Source: a virus
Lineage: Duplodnaviria > Caudoviricetes
Direction: 5' to 3' (one strand)
DNA: 30,729 nt
IMG/VR virus record: IMGVR_UViG_3300032332_000236
Location: 1 to 30,729 of that record
Part shown: one piece after another, positions 18,220-25,051 of the stretch
How positions within the stretch are numbered: position 1 is the first letter of the stretch
Layout of the letters: each line of letters starts with the position of its first letter
The notes under the pieces: model-generated
What the model was told of the DNA's origin: nothing
Seen by the model: the letters and a program-made list of their open reading frames with translations, nothing else
The model's database searches: none
Position numbers and translations under genes: made by a program

Positions 18220-18501
18220 ATGGAAAGACAATTAAAACTTACAGACACAGCAATTATTGACCTGTTAGGCGGTACTGCAAAGGTGGCAAGAATGTGCAAG
18301 GTAGACTCCGCAGCAGTATCTAATTGGAAGGTTAGGGGTATACCAGCCGATAAATATATGTTTTTAGGGGCAAGGATTGAAGAAGCTAGTCATGGTCTTG
18401 TGACCCGTCAAGACCTTTTTCCTAAGAATTATTTTTTAATTTGGCCTGAGTTGTTGAAAAACAACGCATTCGGCTTGCAAAAGGATTCAGACGAGGAGTA
18501 G
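18220..18501 (+). CDS. Cro/YdaS-like HTH transcriptional regulator
   Basis: IIDLLGGTAKVARMCKVDSAAVSNWK.RGIP...IE.AS.GLVTRQDLFP...IWPEL, the typical Cro-like pattern; first rightward gene. Confidence 0.85.
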   Translation: MERQLKLTDTAIIDLLGGTAKVARMCKVDSAAVSNWKVRGIPADKYMFLGARIEEASHGLVTRQDLFPKNYFLIWPELLKNNAFGLQKDSDEE

Positions 18502-18504
18502 AAT
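18475..18504 (+). promoter_or_regulatory. Putative sigma70 promoter for the structured element
   Basis: TTGCAA(18475-18480)-N18-TAGAAT(18499-18504); predicted start near 18510 coincides with the first hairpin. Confidence 0.55.
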
Positions 18505-18509
18505 CACCT

Positions 18510-18700
18510 TCCTATCTCGAGGCTCTAACGACATACCAGGGGATAGGATTAATAGCGCTACTGGGGGTAATGGTTGAAACAGCGCAATATAGGTGGCGAA
18601 GATAGTGCCTATACCATGCAAGACTGTCGGGTGATGCGATTCCTCAATGGAAGCATTTGAAGGCAAACCTAGGTAGGCTAGGTGTGCTTAAACCTCTTGG
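18510..18700 (+). ncRNA. Candidate multi-hairpin structured RNA (or ssDNA origin element)
   Basis: Five consecutive stems plus loop-to-distal complementarities in a 315-bp gap with no ORF; see findings. Confidence 0.6.
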
Positions 18701-18737
18701 AAGTAACTATAAGTATCTAGATACTATCCATTAACAT

Positions 18738-18816
18738 AAATACAACACTAGGGAAATTACTTAGTGACTTCCCCGCAAAATAATAAGAAACTAAGTTTTT
18801 AACAAAGGGGAATTAC
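18738..18816 (+). promoter_or_regulatory. Phage-specific promoter/leader cassette, copy B
   Basis: AAATACAACAC-TAGGGAAATTACTTA-GTGACT-N17-GAAACT ... AACAAAGGGGAATTAC-ATG. Confidence 0.65.
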
Positions 18817-19128
18817 ATGGGTTCATTTATAAAAATTGTATTGGTTTTTGCGTCAGGGTTTTTGTTGTGTCAATACACACATGAGGCAGAAGCCCAAACA
18901 GTACAGATGACCAATGCACAAGGTTACAATGTTGGTTCAGTACAAATTAACGGTAACACAGCACAATTTGTAAACCCTATGGGAGTTACTACTCAAATAG
19001 CTACGCTATATCCAGGTCAAGTTATCATTCAGACACCAAGTGGTGTAACTACTGCGGTGATTGGCAATACAGGCTACACAGTACCGCCAAGCCCAACAAC
19101 ACCAATGACACCCAAAGTTATGCAATGA
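18817..19128 (+). CDS. Secreted/periplasmic beta-rich protein
   Basis: Signal-peptide-like MGSFIKIVLVFASGFLLC...AEA cleavage motif; Pro/Thr-rich tail; strong RBS. Confidence 0.7.
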   Translation: MGSFIKIVLVFASGFLLCQYTHEAEAQTVQMTNAQGYNVGSVQINGNTAQFVNPMGVTTQIATLYPGQVIIQTPSGVTTAVIGNTGYTVPPSPTTPMTPKVMQ

Positions 19129-19244
19129 GTTTTACCATCTACACGCATGATGGCATGAAAGTAATTCAATGGTTCTTTAATATAGATGAACTTATTAAAG
19201 CAATGATTAACAACCCACTTGATAGGTATCATAGGAATGTTTGA
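19125..19244 (+). CDS. 39-aa hypothetical protein (not in ORF track)
   Basis: MSFTIYTHDGMKVIQWFFNIDELIKAMINNPLDRYHRNV; ATGA overlap upstream and 8-nt overlap downstream. Confidence 0.55.
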   Translation: MSFTIYTHDGMKVIQWFFNIDELIKAMINNPLDRYHRNV

Positions 19245-19608
19245 TGAATTCTGGTCTTTATATCCACGAAAGATTGCTAAAGCAACTGCAAGAAAAGCCT
19301 GGGCAAAACTTTCAGCAGAACAACAACTTATGGCTGCAAAAGCTATTAATACACATTGCGAATACTGGAAAGCCAAAGAAACTGAGTTAGAATTTATACC
19401 CCATTGCGCCACTTGGCTTAACGGTGAACGCTATGAAGATGAATTGGTAATAGAACCCAAGAAAGAAAAGATTGATAAAAAGTGGATGTTTTCTAACGAG
19501 GGTATTGAGGCCAAAGCAAGAGAACTTGGAGTCTTGGGTACTGGTTATGACTCATATGACAGTCTTAAACGCAAATGTATGAACAAGCTAGGTATCGCTG
19601 TGCAGTAA
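19237..19608 (+). CDS. Stand-alone C-terminal domains of a phage replication initiator
   Basis: FDEFWSLYPRK.AK..A.KAW and FIPHCATWLNGERYEDE, followed by W..S.EGIEAKARELG; I recall these motifs from C-termini of lambdoid O-like initiators. ATG at 19237. Confidence 0.65.
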   Translation: MFDEFWSLYPRKIAKATARKAWAKLSAEQQLMAAKAINTHCEYWKAKETELEFIPHCATWLNGERYEDELVIEPKKEKIDKKWMFSNEGIEAKARELGVLGTGYDSYDSLKRKCMNKLGIAVQ

Positions 19609-19793
19609 GGTATTTGTGTTATTTACGACACAAAAAAGGTTTGAAATGGTTTCGCAATTACATATCTGAAAAAGAAAATTTACATCAATATTTTGCAGAT
19701 TTTCAAGAGCAATACACATTAGGAAATAGGGGAGAGTACGGTAAATGGATATTGAAAAATACATTGTTGCAGCAACGGGGCTTGGGTATTTAG
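19575..19793 (+). CDS. Hypothetical protein (resembles DUF7696 as recalled)
   Basis: RYRCAVR.L..LR...G..W...Y and GNRGE.G.W motifs; follows the initiator-like gene. Confidence 0.6.
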   Translation: MYEQARYRCAVRYLCYLRHKKGLKWFRNYISEKENLHQYFADFQEQYTLGNRGEYGKWILKNTLLQQRGLGI

Positions 19794-19894
19794 TAGTAGG
19801 CCTAGCACAATACTTTAAAGGTTCGCCATCTAACGCATTTATATGGTTAGGTTATGCAGCAGCTCAAGTAGGTTTATGGATGAACCTAAAATGA
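19745..19894 (+). CDS. 49-aa two-TM membrane protein (not in ORF track)
   Basis: MDIEKYIVAATGLGYLVVGLAQYFKGSPSNAFIWLGYAAAQVGLWMNLK; ATGA overlap with the next gene. Confidence 0.65.
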   Translation: MDIEKYIVAATGLGYLVVGLAQYFKGSPSNAFIWLGYAAAQVGLWMNLK

Positions 19895-20439
19895 TTGCCG
19901 TTTTATTTGCACGAAACGACAGCCGATATAAGCAATTAGATGGTTATGATGTTTATGACATTGACCGTGATGCTAGAAATTTTAATGAATCCTACCCTGT
20001 TATTGCACATCCTCCATGCAGGGCCTGGGGTATGTTAAGTCACATGGCAAATCCTAGGCCAGACGAAAAAGATTTGGCTTGGTTTGCTATTGATAAAGTA
20101 CGCAAAAATGGTGGCGTATTAGAACACCCAAAAGGAAGTAGGTTTTTTAAAGAAGCTGGTTGTAAAGAAATAGGGGGGGGCTACGATTCTTATGGTGGAT
20201 TTACTATGCTAATTGACCAATTTGATTTTGGTCATGTAGCTCATAAAAATACTAAACTTTATATTTGTGGAATAAAAATAGAAGATTTGCCTAAATTGCC
20301 ACCAAAAAATACAAACTCTACCGATAGGTCAATTTGCGGAAATGTTAAAGGCACTAAGCGCTGTACTCAATATCAAAGGGAATATACACCTGATGGTTTG
20401 ATTGAGTTTATGACTAAAATTTGCGAGAAAATTAAATGA
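19891..20439 (+). CDS. Divergent C5-cytosine DNA methyltransferase-like protein
   Basis: VIAHPPC (motif IV), VLEHP (motif VI), DQFDFGH.A.K.T.L (motif VIII), R..TP; motif I is degenerate (VLFARNDS). Start at 19891. Confidence 0.6.
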   Translation: MIAVLFARNDSRYKQLDGYDVYDIDRDARNFNESYPVIAHPPCRAWGMLSHMANPRPDEKDLAWFAIDKVRKNGGVLEHPKGSRFFKEAGCKEIGGGYDSYGGFTMLIDQFDFGHVAHKNTKLYICGIKIEDLPKLPPKNTNSTDRSICGNVKGTKRCTQYQREYTPDGLIEFMTKICEKIK

Positions 20440-20765
20440 AAGACTATGACCCAAATGATGCGATTGACTTCATTTTCAAGAAAGCGCCAGATTATGCAAA
20501 GGCAAAAGGAAACCTCGCTCAATTCGAGGCGTTTAAACACAGTCTTAAAGCTCTTGAAATGGTTAAGTCAACGGCAACAACTATTGGGGGCAAAGAAATG
20601 GATGCGTATTCGTCTCAGGCTTACCAAGAGTTATGTGAGGCCATTGGATTGGCGACAGAAGAAACAGAAGCTCTTAGATGGCAACTAGAAGCAGCCAAGA
20701 TGAGATTTGAAGCATGGCGTACAGAATCAGCAACAAATCGTAACATAGAAAGAATGACTAGATGA
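20436..20765 (+). CDS. Conserved helical phage protein
   Basis: 109 aa; YAKAK....E.FK.SLK...AY....Y..L...WRT..A..R pattern. Confidence 0.7.
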   Translation: MKDYDPNDAIDFIFKKAPDYAKAKGNLAQFEAFKHSLKALEMVKSTATTIGGKEMDAYSSQAYQELCEAIGLATEETEALRWQLEAAKMRFEAWRTESATNRNIERMTR

Positions 20766-20941
20766 ATGACTACTCTGAAAATTATTTGCGTATACAAAAA
20801 TTATTAAAGTGCTATCACAATGCAACATTAAAAAATCAGTATGAAACAGCTACCAAAATAGCACACGACCTTGCTGATGAAACTATTAGATTGGAGATTG
20901 CCAGCGTTAGGGCATTGAAAGAACAATGGCTGAGAAACTAA
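20762..20941 (+). CDS. 59-aa hypothetical protein (not in ORF track)
   Basis: MNDYSENYLRIQKLLKCYHNATLKNQYETATKIAHDLADETIRLEIASVRALKEQWLRN; ATGA and TAATG overlaps. Confidence 0.65.
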   Translation: MNDYSENYLRIQKLLKCYHNATLKNQYETATKIAHDLADETIRLEIASVRALKEQWLRN

Positions 20942-21306
20942 TGCGCAATATGTTTGCTACGCATACAGACTATGCGGATTTTAAAGGGCTAATCTCCGCT
21001 AATCCTGCGTTTGTACCAAGCAATGTAGATGGTATTGCAGAACGCAATGGTTACTTTTTAATTATGGAATGGAAGCGACCTGGCGAAAAAGTAAGTGATG
21101 GGCAAAAGCGCTTGTTGCAAGCATTGGCAGCCACTCCTAAGTTTATGGTTGTTGTTATCATAGGTGATACAGATAACGGCACTAACATACAAGAGTTTTG
21201 GCAATACACTACAGACGGCAAACCTTTTAAATCTGGTTTAGGTTTTGGTTCTTTTAAAGAGTTTTATAAACTATGGTACGAACTGGCTAATGGCGACAAA
21301 AGATGA
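20926..21306 (+). CDS. PD-(D/E)XK (VRR-NUC-like) nuclease
   Basis: SNVDG...FLIMEWK......S.GQ..LL..L; start may be 20941. Confidence 0.7.
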   Translation: MAEKLMRNMFATHTDYADFKGLISANPAFVPSNVDGIAERNGYFLIMEWKRPGEKVSDGQKRLLQALAATPKFMVVVIIGDTDNGTNIQEFWQYTTDGKPFKSGLGFGSFKEFYKLWYELANGDKR

Positions 21307-21580
21307 AAAGAACGCTCTCAATAAGATTGCAGAACTCGGATGTATTCTATGTTCCGAATACTTTGGGATTGAAGGCAGCCCGTCAGAACTCCATCATGTT
21401 AGACGGTATGGAGCTAAACGTTCTACATCCCCAATCTTGCCTTTATGCCCAGAACACCATCGGGGAAATAGTGGGCTTCACGGATTGGGTGTCAAAGGTT
21501 TTGAAAGAAAATACCAAATATCCTGTGAGAGGTTATTGGAGCGAGTCAGCGAAAAACTTGGAAAAGGAATTGGCGAATGA
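21290..21580 (+). CDS. ref: Ref-family RecA-dependent HNH nuclease (recombination enhancement)
   Basis: ELGCILC...ELHH.R...LPLCPEHHRG..GLH...FERKY, the P1 Ref-like pattern; start at ATG 21290. Confidence 0.8.
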   Translation: MATKDEKNALNKIAELGCILCSEYFGIEGSPSELHHVRRYGAKRSTSPILPLCPEHHRGNSGLHGLGVKGFERKYQISCERLLERVSEKLGKGIGE

Positions 21581-21604
21581 CTACATTTACTACGGAAGAC
21601 AGAG

Positions 21605-21952
21605 TTAAAGCTCTAGAGGGTCAAAGCCTAACTCAGACGAGATACGGTGCGCTCTATTACGAAACTCCTTATCGTGATGAGTCCACTTGCTCGATTTGTA
21701 ACGGCTCATGTGGATACATTCATGGCACAAAACACGAATTACCGTATCAAGATGACCGCAACGAGCAGAAGAAATAGTTATTGTATGTTCGTACTTTTCG
21801 CCATCATCGTATAAATAACTACCCATCAACTGTGGGTCGCTATCCACAATAAAACAAATCTGCTCTGGTAATGGCATATTCCACCTATCAAAAGGCTTCA
21901 TGCAATAAATTGCTGAATATAGATTACGAAGGATAGGTTCTGTCAGTTTCAT
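21605..21952 (-). CDS. SprT-like zinc metallopeptidase-domain protein
   Basis: VLCHECIH (HExxH) followed by HDKEF; ATGA-coupled to the phosphoesterase gene. Confidence 0.75.
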   Translation of the reverse strand: MKLTEPILRNLYSAIYCMKPFDRWNMPLPEQICFIVDSDPQLMGSYLYDDGEKYEHTITISSARCGHLDTVIRVLCHECIHMSRYKSSKWTHHDKEFRNRAHRISSELGFDPLEL

Positions 21953-22908
21953 ACTTGATGTATCTTGCCTCTAAATTCAACTTCATCCTCACCCCATACC
22001 CTAATCATTTCAGGCTGCAATAACTTGCTGCGCTCAAAAGATAACATTACAAAGCCACTATTCCAATCTTTAGGCGTATCTTCGGTATAACTAAATTGCT
22101 GACCATTAGGGTCGGCAAGCGTGCCTGTTTGTACTCCCCAGCGTGTGCCGTTGTAATCATTAAATGGGATAGCTGAAAGTACATGGGTATGTCCAGTAAT
22201 CATATTCACACCAGAATTGACAGCGTTATTTCTGCCGCCTGTCCATCCACCTTTCCAACGATGTTTAATACAAGTATCTTCATTTACCCAAAAAGACCAA
22301 CAAGGTTGCCACATAGGGAAGTAGTCTTTAAGGCTAGTGCCAGGTATACCCTCAAACGATGGAAGGTTAGCCACAATGTTAGCTTCTAGTCTTTGGTCGT
22401 GATTACCCATTGGAAAAAACAATTTAGCGCCTTTGGCTACAGCTTCAATTTCTCCCAAGAAATATTGACAAGCCTCCAGCTCCTCTTTCATTGTTGGCAG
22501 CTTACTCCAATCAGTACGAGGAAAACGACTAATAGAAGCACCATCTAGAGCGTCACCATTGCATACTATAGCAGTCGGGTTAAACTCTTTAATCATTTCA
22601 ATAAGAGCTTTAAACGCTGTAGTAGTTTCATCAGGCCAAAAGTGGGCATCACTAAATACAATGACTCGCCCTTTTTCTATATCCATACCTCTGCGTACAT
22701 TGCCAGGGGTTTGTTGTATTTTCTTTGTATAAGCTGGATTTTGGCTATTAAATGTATCTAATTTGATACGCAGTCTATTTTCTATTGACCTACGCCTTGC
22801 CATTACATTTCTAACTGCTATTTGGTGTATTTTTGCAAACTCACTTGGACTACCAACTTTATTCCAAGACTCAATCCATTCTTCATCCGTCAAGTGATAG
22901 CCAGCCAT
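21949..22908 (-). CDS. Calcineurin-like metallophosphoesterase with N-terminal HTH-like extension
   Basis: SDAH, NGDALD, GNHD, KH and GHTH motifs are all present in order. Confidence 0.88.
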   Translation of the reverse strand: MAGYHLTDEEWIESWNKVGSPSEFAKIHQIAVRNVMARRRSIENRLRIKLDTFNSQNPAYTKKIQQTPGNVRRGMDIEKGRVIVFSDAHFWPDETTTAFKALIEMIKEFNPTAIVCNGDALDGASISRFPRTDWSKLPTMKEELEACQYFLGEIEAVAKGAKLFFPMGNHDQRLEANIVANLPSFEGIPGTSLKDYFPMWQPCWSFWVNEDTCIKHRWKGGWTGGRNNAVNSGVNMITGHTHVLSAIPFNDYNGTRWGVQTGTLADPNGQQFSYTEDTPKDWNSGFVMLSFERSKLLQPEMIRVWGEDEVEFRGKIHQV

Positions 22909-22955
22909 GAAATTTACCCTATAATCAATAAGTTACCAAATACTAACCTAACAAT

Positions 22956-23240
22956 ATGTCATTTGCCAAAAAAGTAGATAAAAATCAAACTGTTGTTGTA
23001 AAAGCACTACGAGATTATGGTGCTGATGTCCACTTATTACATATGGTAGGTGCGGGTATACCCGACTTACTTGTGGCTTATGAGGGACACACTATTTTAA
23101 TGGAAGTAAAAGATGGTGCTGATAAAAAGTTTACCCCTGACCAGATTAAGTTTATTGCTGGTTGGAAAGGTGGGCATTTATATAGGGTAAATTCAAGCGA
23201 AGAAGCCCTAGATGTTTTAAAATCAGTAAAAATGGAGTAA
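22956..23240 (+). CDS. VRR-NUC-like endonuclease (possible Holliday junction resolvase)
   Basis: VDKNQ..VV.ALR..GA, GIPDLLV, LMEVKDG, TPDQIKF. Confidence 0.8.
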   Translation: MSFAKKVDKNQTVVVKALRDYGADVHLLHMVGAGIPDLLVAYEGHTILMEVKDGADKKFTPDQIKFIAGWKGGHLYRVNSSEEALDVLKSVKME

Positions 23241-23244
23241 TTCT

Positions 23245-23604
23245 ATGAATGATAATGTAGCTATGTTTGCCGCCACTTTGTTGCACTCAGCGACAAATAC
23301 CCATTTTTTCCATTGGTCTACCGATTCTTTCAGTAAACACATGGCTTTGGGTGAATATTATGACAACATAGTTGAGCTTACAGATGCCTATGTAGAGGCC
23401 TATATGGGCGCATACGATAAGATTACGACTTTCCCAAGCGTATATCACCAGCCAAAAGACCCAATTAAATACTTACAAAGCCTGCAAAATTTTGTAAAAG
23501 AAGCCCGCCAAGATTTGCCGCAAGACGAACAATTATGCAATTTGGTAGATGCCATTGCTGATTTAATCGACTCTACCAATTACAAACTACGCTTTTTGAA
23601 ATAG
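23245..23604 (+). CDS. Ferritin/Dps-like protein
   Basis: H..HW....F..H.AL.EYY......D..VE resembles the Dps metal-binding signature; ends YKLRFLK. Confidence 0.75.
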   Translation: MNDNVAMFAATLLHSATNTHFFHWSTDSFSKHMALGEYYDNIVELTDAYVEAYMGAYDKITTFPSVYHQPKDPIKYLQSLQNFVKEARQDLPQDEQLCNLVDAIADLIDSTNYKLRFLK

Positions 23605-23612
23605 GATTCAAT

Positions 23613-23798
23613 ATGCCAATGGACAAATCAGGCTCGGCTCAATCAGTCGGCAAAAACTACAAAACTGAAGTAGCCGCAGGAAAGCCTAAAAAACAGGCAT
23701 TGGCTATTGCACTTAGCGAAGAGCGTACCCATGCTAAAGGCAAGCGTAAAGCTAAGTTAGAAGAACAATACGCTAAATATGTGGCTGAAAACGCATAA
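23613..23798 (+). CDS. Small basic phage protein
   Basis: N..TE.AAGKPKKQALAIALS motif. Confidence 0.7.
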   Translation: MPMDKSGSAQSVGKNYKTEVAAGKPKKQALAIALSEERTHAKGKRKAKLEEQYAKYVAENA

Positions 23799-24064
23799 TG
23801 AGCCGTAAAGACCAAATTCGTGCAGCAGTAGAAAAGCACGATAAACCTATTCCAAAGACCACAGTCGGCAAAGATAAGAATTATTTGCCAACCGAACAAG
23901 GCGCTGGAATGACGGCTAAAGGTCGGGCAGCTTATAACGCTAAAAACAATAGTAACTTACAAGCACCCCAAGCATCAGGCCCTAGACATGATAGTTTTTG
24001 TGCCAGGTCTAAAGGATGGACAGGGGAACGAGGAAAAGCAGCAAGAGCTAGGTGGAAATGCTAA
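23798..24064 (+). CDS. Small basic phage protein
   Basis: GMTAKGRAAYN...SFCARS...ARARWKC motif; TAATG coupling. Confidence 0.7.
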   Translation: MSRKDQIRAAVEKHDKPIPKTTVGKDKNYLPTEQGAGMTAKGRAAYNAKNNSNLQAPQASGPRHDSFCARSKGWTGERGKAARARWKC

Positions 24065-24246
24065 TGAAAGACGGATTGTACGCAAATATTCATAGAAAAA
24101 GGGCTAGGATAGCTGCGGGTTCAGGCGAAAAGATGAATAAGCCTGGCACTAAAGGCGCTCCAACTGCTAAAGACTTTAAAGAATCCGCCAAAACAGCAAA
24201 ACCCACAAGAAAACAAGTCATTACTGACAAAATGAAGGATATGTAA
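24064..24246 (+). CDS. Small basic phage protein
   Basis: MKDGLYANIHRKRARIAAGSGEKM.KPG.KGAPTAKDFKESAKTAK; TAATG coupling at 24064. Confidence 0.75.
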   Translation: MKDGLYANIHRKRARIAAGSGEKMNKPGTKGAPTAKDFKESAKTAKPTRKQVITDKMKDM

Positions 24247-24467
24247 TGAAACACATGACAAGAAGCTACCCGCCAGAGAACGCTATGCTGCGACCGCACA
24301 AAGAATCCACGCTCGAAAAACAACAAAAAAAGCGTCAAGACCACAATCCTCCATTGGAATTAGACGATAGCAACATTCTTAATAAGAAAGCTAATGAAAG
24401 AATGAAGCGTAAAGAGGCGCTGTCTAAGGCCATGAATAAATACCACGACCCAGATATTGTTGGCTAA
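24246..24467 (+). CDS. Small basic phage protein
   Basis: 73 aa; TAATG coupling; AAGGA RBS. Confidence 0.65.
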   Translation: MKHMTRSYPPENAMLRPHKESTLEKQQKKRQDHNPPLELDDSNILNKKANERMKRKEALSKAMNKYHDPDIVG

Positions 24468-24561
24468 TTACAAATTCACCGTGTAACTCAGACCTAACTT
24501 TGGTTGGGCTGTTTTTACAAATTTACCGTGTAATATTCACCCAACTTTGGTTGACCTGTTT
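24468..24561. repeat. Imperfect 47-bp tandem duplication with internal palindromes
   Basis: Units 24468-24514 and 24515-24561 match at 38 of 47 positions; each contains TTACA-N9-TGTAA and AACTTTGGTTG. Confidence 0.85.
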
Positions 24562-24728
24562 TCCATCATTTGTTTGAATTGTAAGCAAGCCATGCCGATG
24601 TAATTAGGCGGGCTTTGCGCCCCCGTCTCCCATCTTGTGTATGTAACCCTATGCACTCCAAGCAAAGCGCTTGCGCCCTCTTGTGTAAGTCCTAAGGATG
24701 AGCGCCACCCTTTCAGGTCAAAGACCAT
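24537..24728 (-). CDS. XRE-family HTH regulator
   Basis: LKGWRSSLGLTQEGASALLGVHRVTYTRWETG; start at ATG 24728 with GGGGA RBS. Confidence 0.85.
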   Translation of the reverse strand: MVFDLKGWRSSLGLTQEGASALLGVHRVTYTRWETGAQSPPNYIGMACLQFKQMMENRSTKVG

Positions 24729-24742
24729 AATAAAATTCCCCG

Positions 24743-24768
24743 CAAAAATATAGGGGGACAAGCCCCCT
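24743..24768 (-). terminator. Probable intrinsic terminator/attenuator before the HTH gene
   Basis: Minus strand AGGGGG-CTTGT-CCCCCT followed by ATATTTTT. Confidence 0.55.
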
Positions 24769-24782
24769 GGATTAGTTAATCG

Positions 24783-25049
24783 TTAGTATTCAAGCCCAGC
24801 ACAGTCCATAGTAGTGTGCTGATTATTGATAAGCGCAGTTCTTAAGCCTTTTAAAGCTCTACGCAGCATCCATTTATTAGGCTCTTCCTTTTCTGACTCT
24901 TGAATGATGAGATAGAGCAAGCCTAGAAGCTCGTCTTTATCGTCATAATCCATATATAAAGCCTGTTCGAGGATAGCGTTATTCATTTCTAATTTTGCTA
25001 TCTGTTCGGCTGGTGTTACTTTTTTCTCTGGTAATTTCTTTGTAGCCAT
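24783..25049 (-). CDS. Hypothetical early protein
   Basis: 88 aa; AGGGGA RBS. Confidence 0.7.
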   Translation of the reverse strand: MATKKLPEKKVTPAEQIAKLEMNNAILEQALYMDYDDKDELLGLLYLIIQESEKEEPNKWMLRRALKGLRTALINNQHTTMDCAGLEY

Positions 25050-25051
25050 GT

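Noticed and set aside
18510-18700. tRNA, tmRNA or group I intron identity for the structured element
   Set aside because: No T-loop GTTCRA or CCA end, no tag reading frame, and it does not interrupt a gene or show recognisable P7 core sequences.
21303-21608. 101-aa alternative-frame ORF overlapping ref
   Set aside because: The ref frame carries the complete Cys/His motif set; this frame has no recognisable features.
22911-23193. 13-bp inverted match AATTTACCCTATA / TATAGGGTAAATT, and 12-mer TTCCCCGCAAAA shared by 18769 and 24736
   Set aside because: Isolated matches of this length are expected by chance in 30 kb of AT-rich DNA; one copy of the 13-mer is inside a coding region.
24468-24561. 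CRISPR or TIGR-like array, or dif-like attachment site
   Set aside because: Only two units, no unique spacers of guide length, no Cas or Nop-domain gene recognised, and no good match to the XerC/XerD arm consensus.
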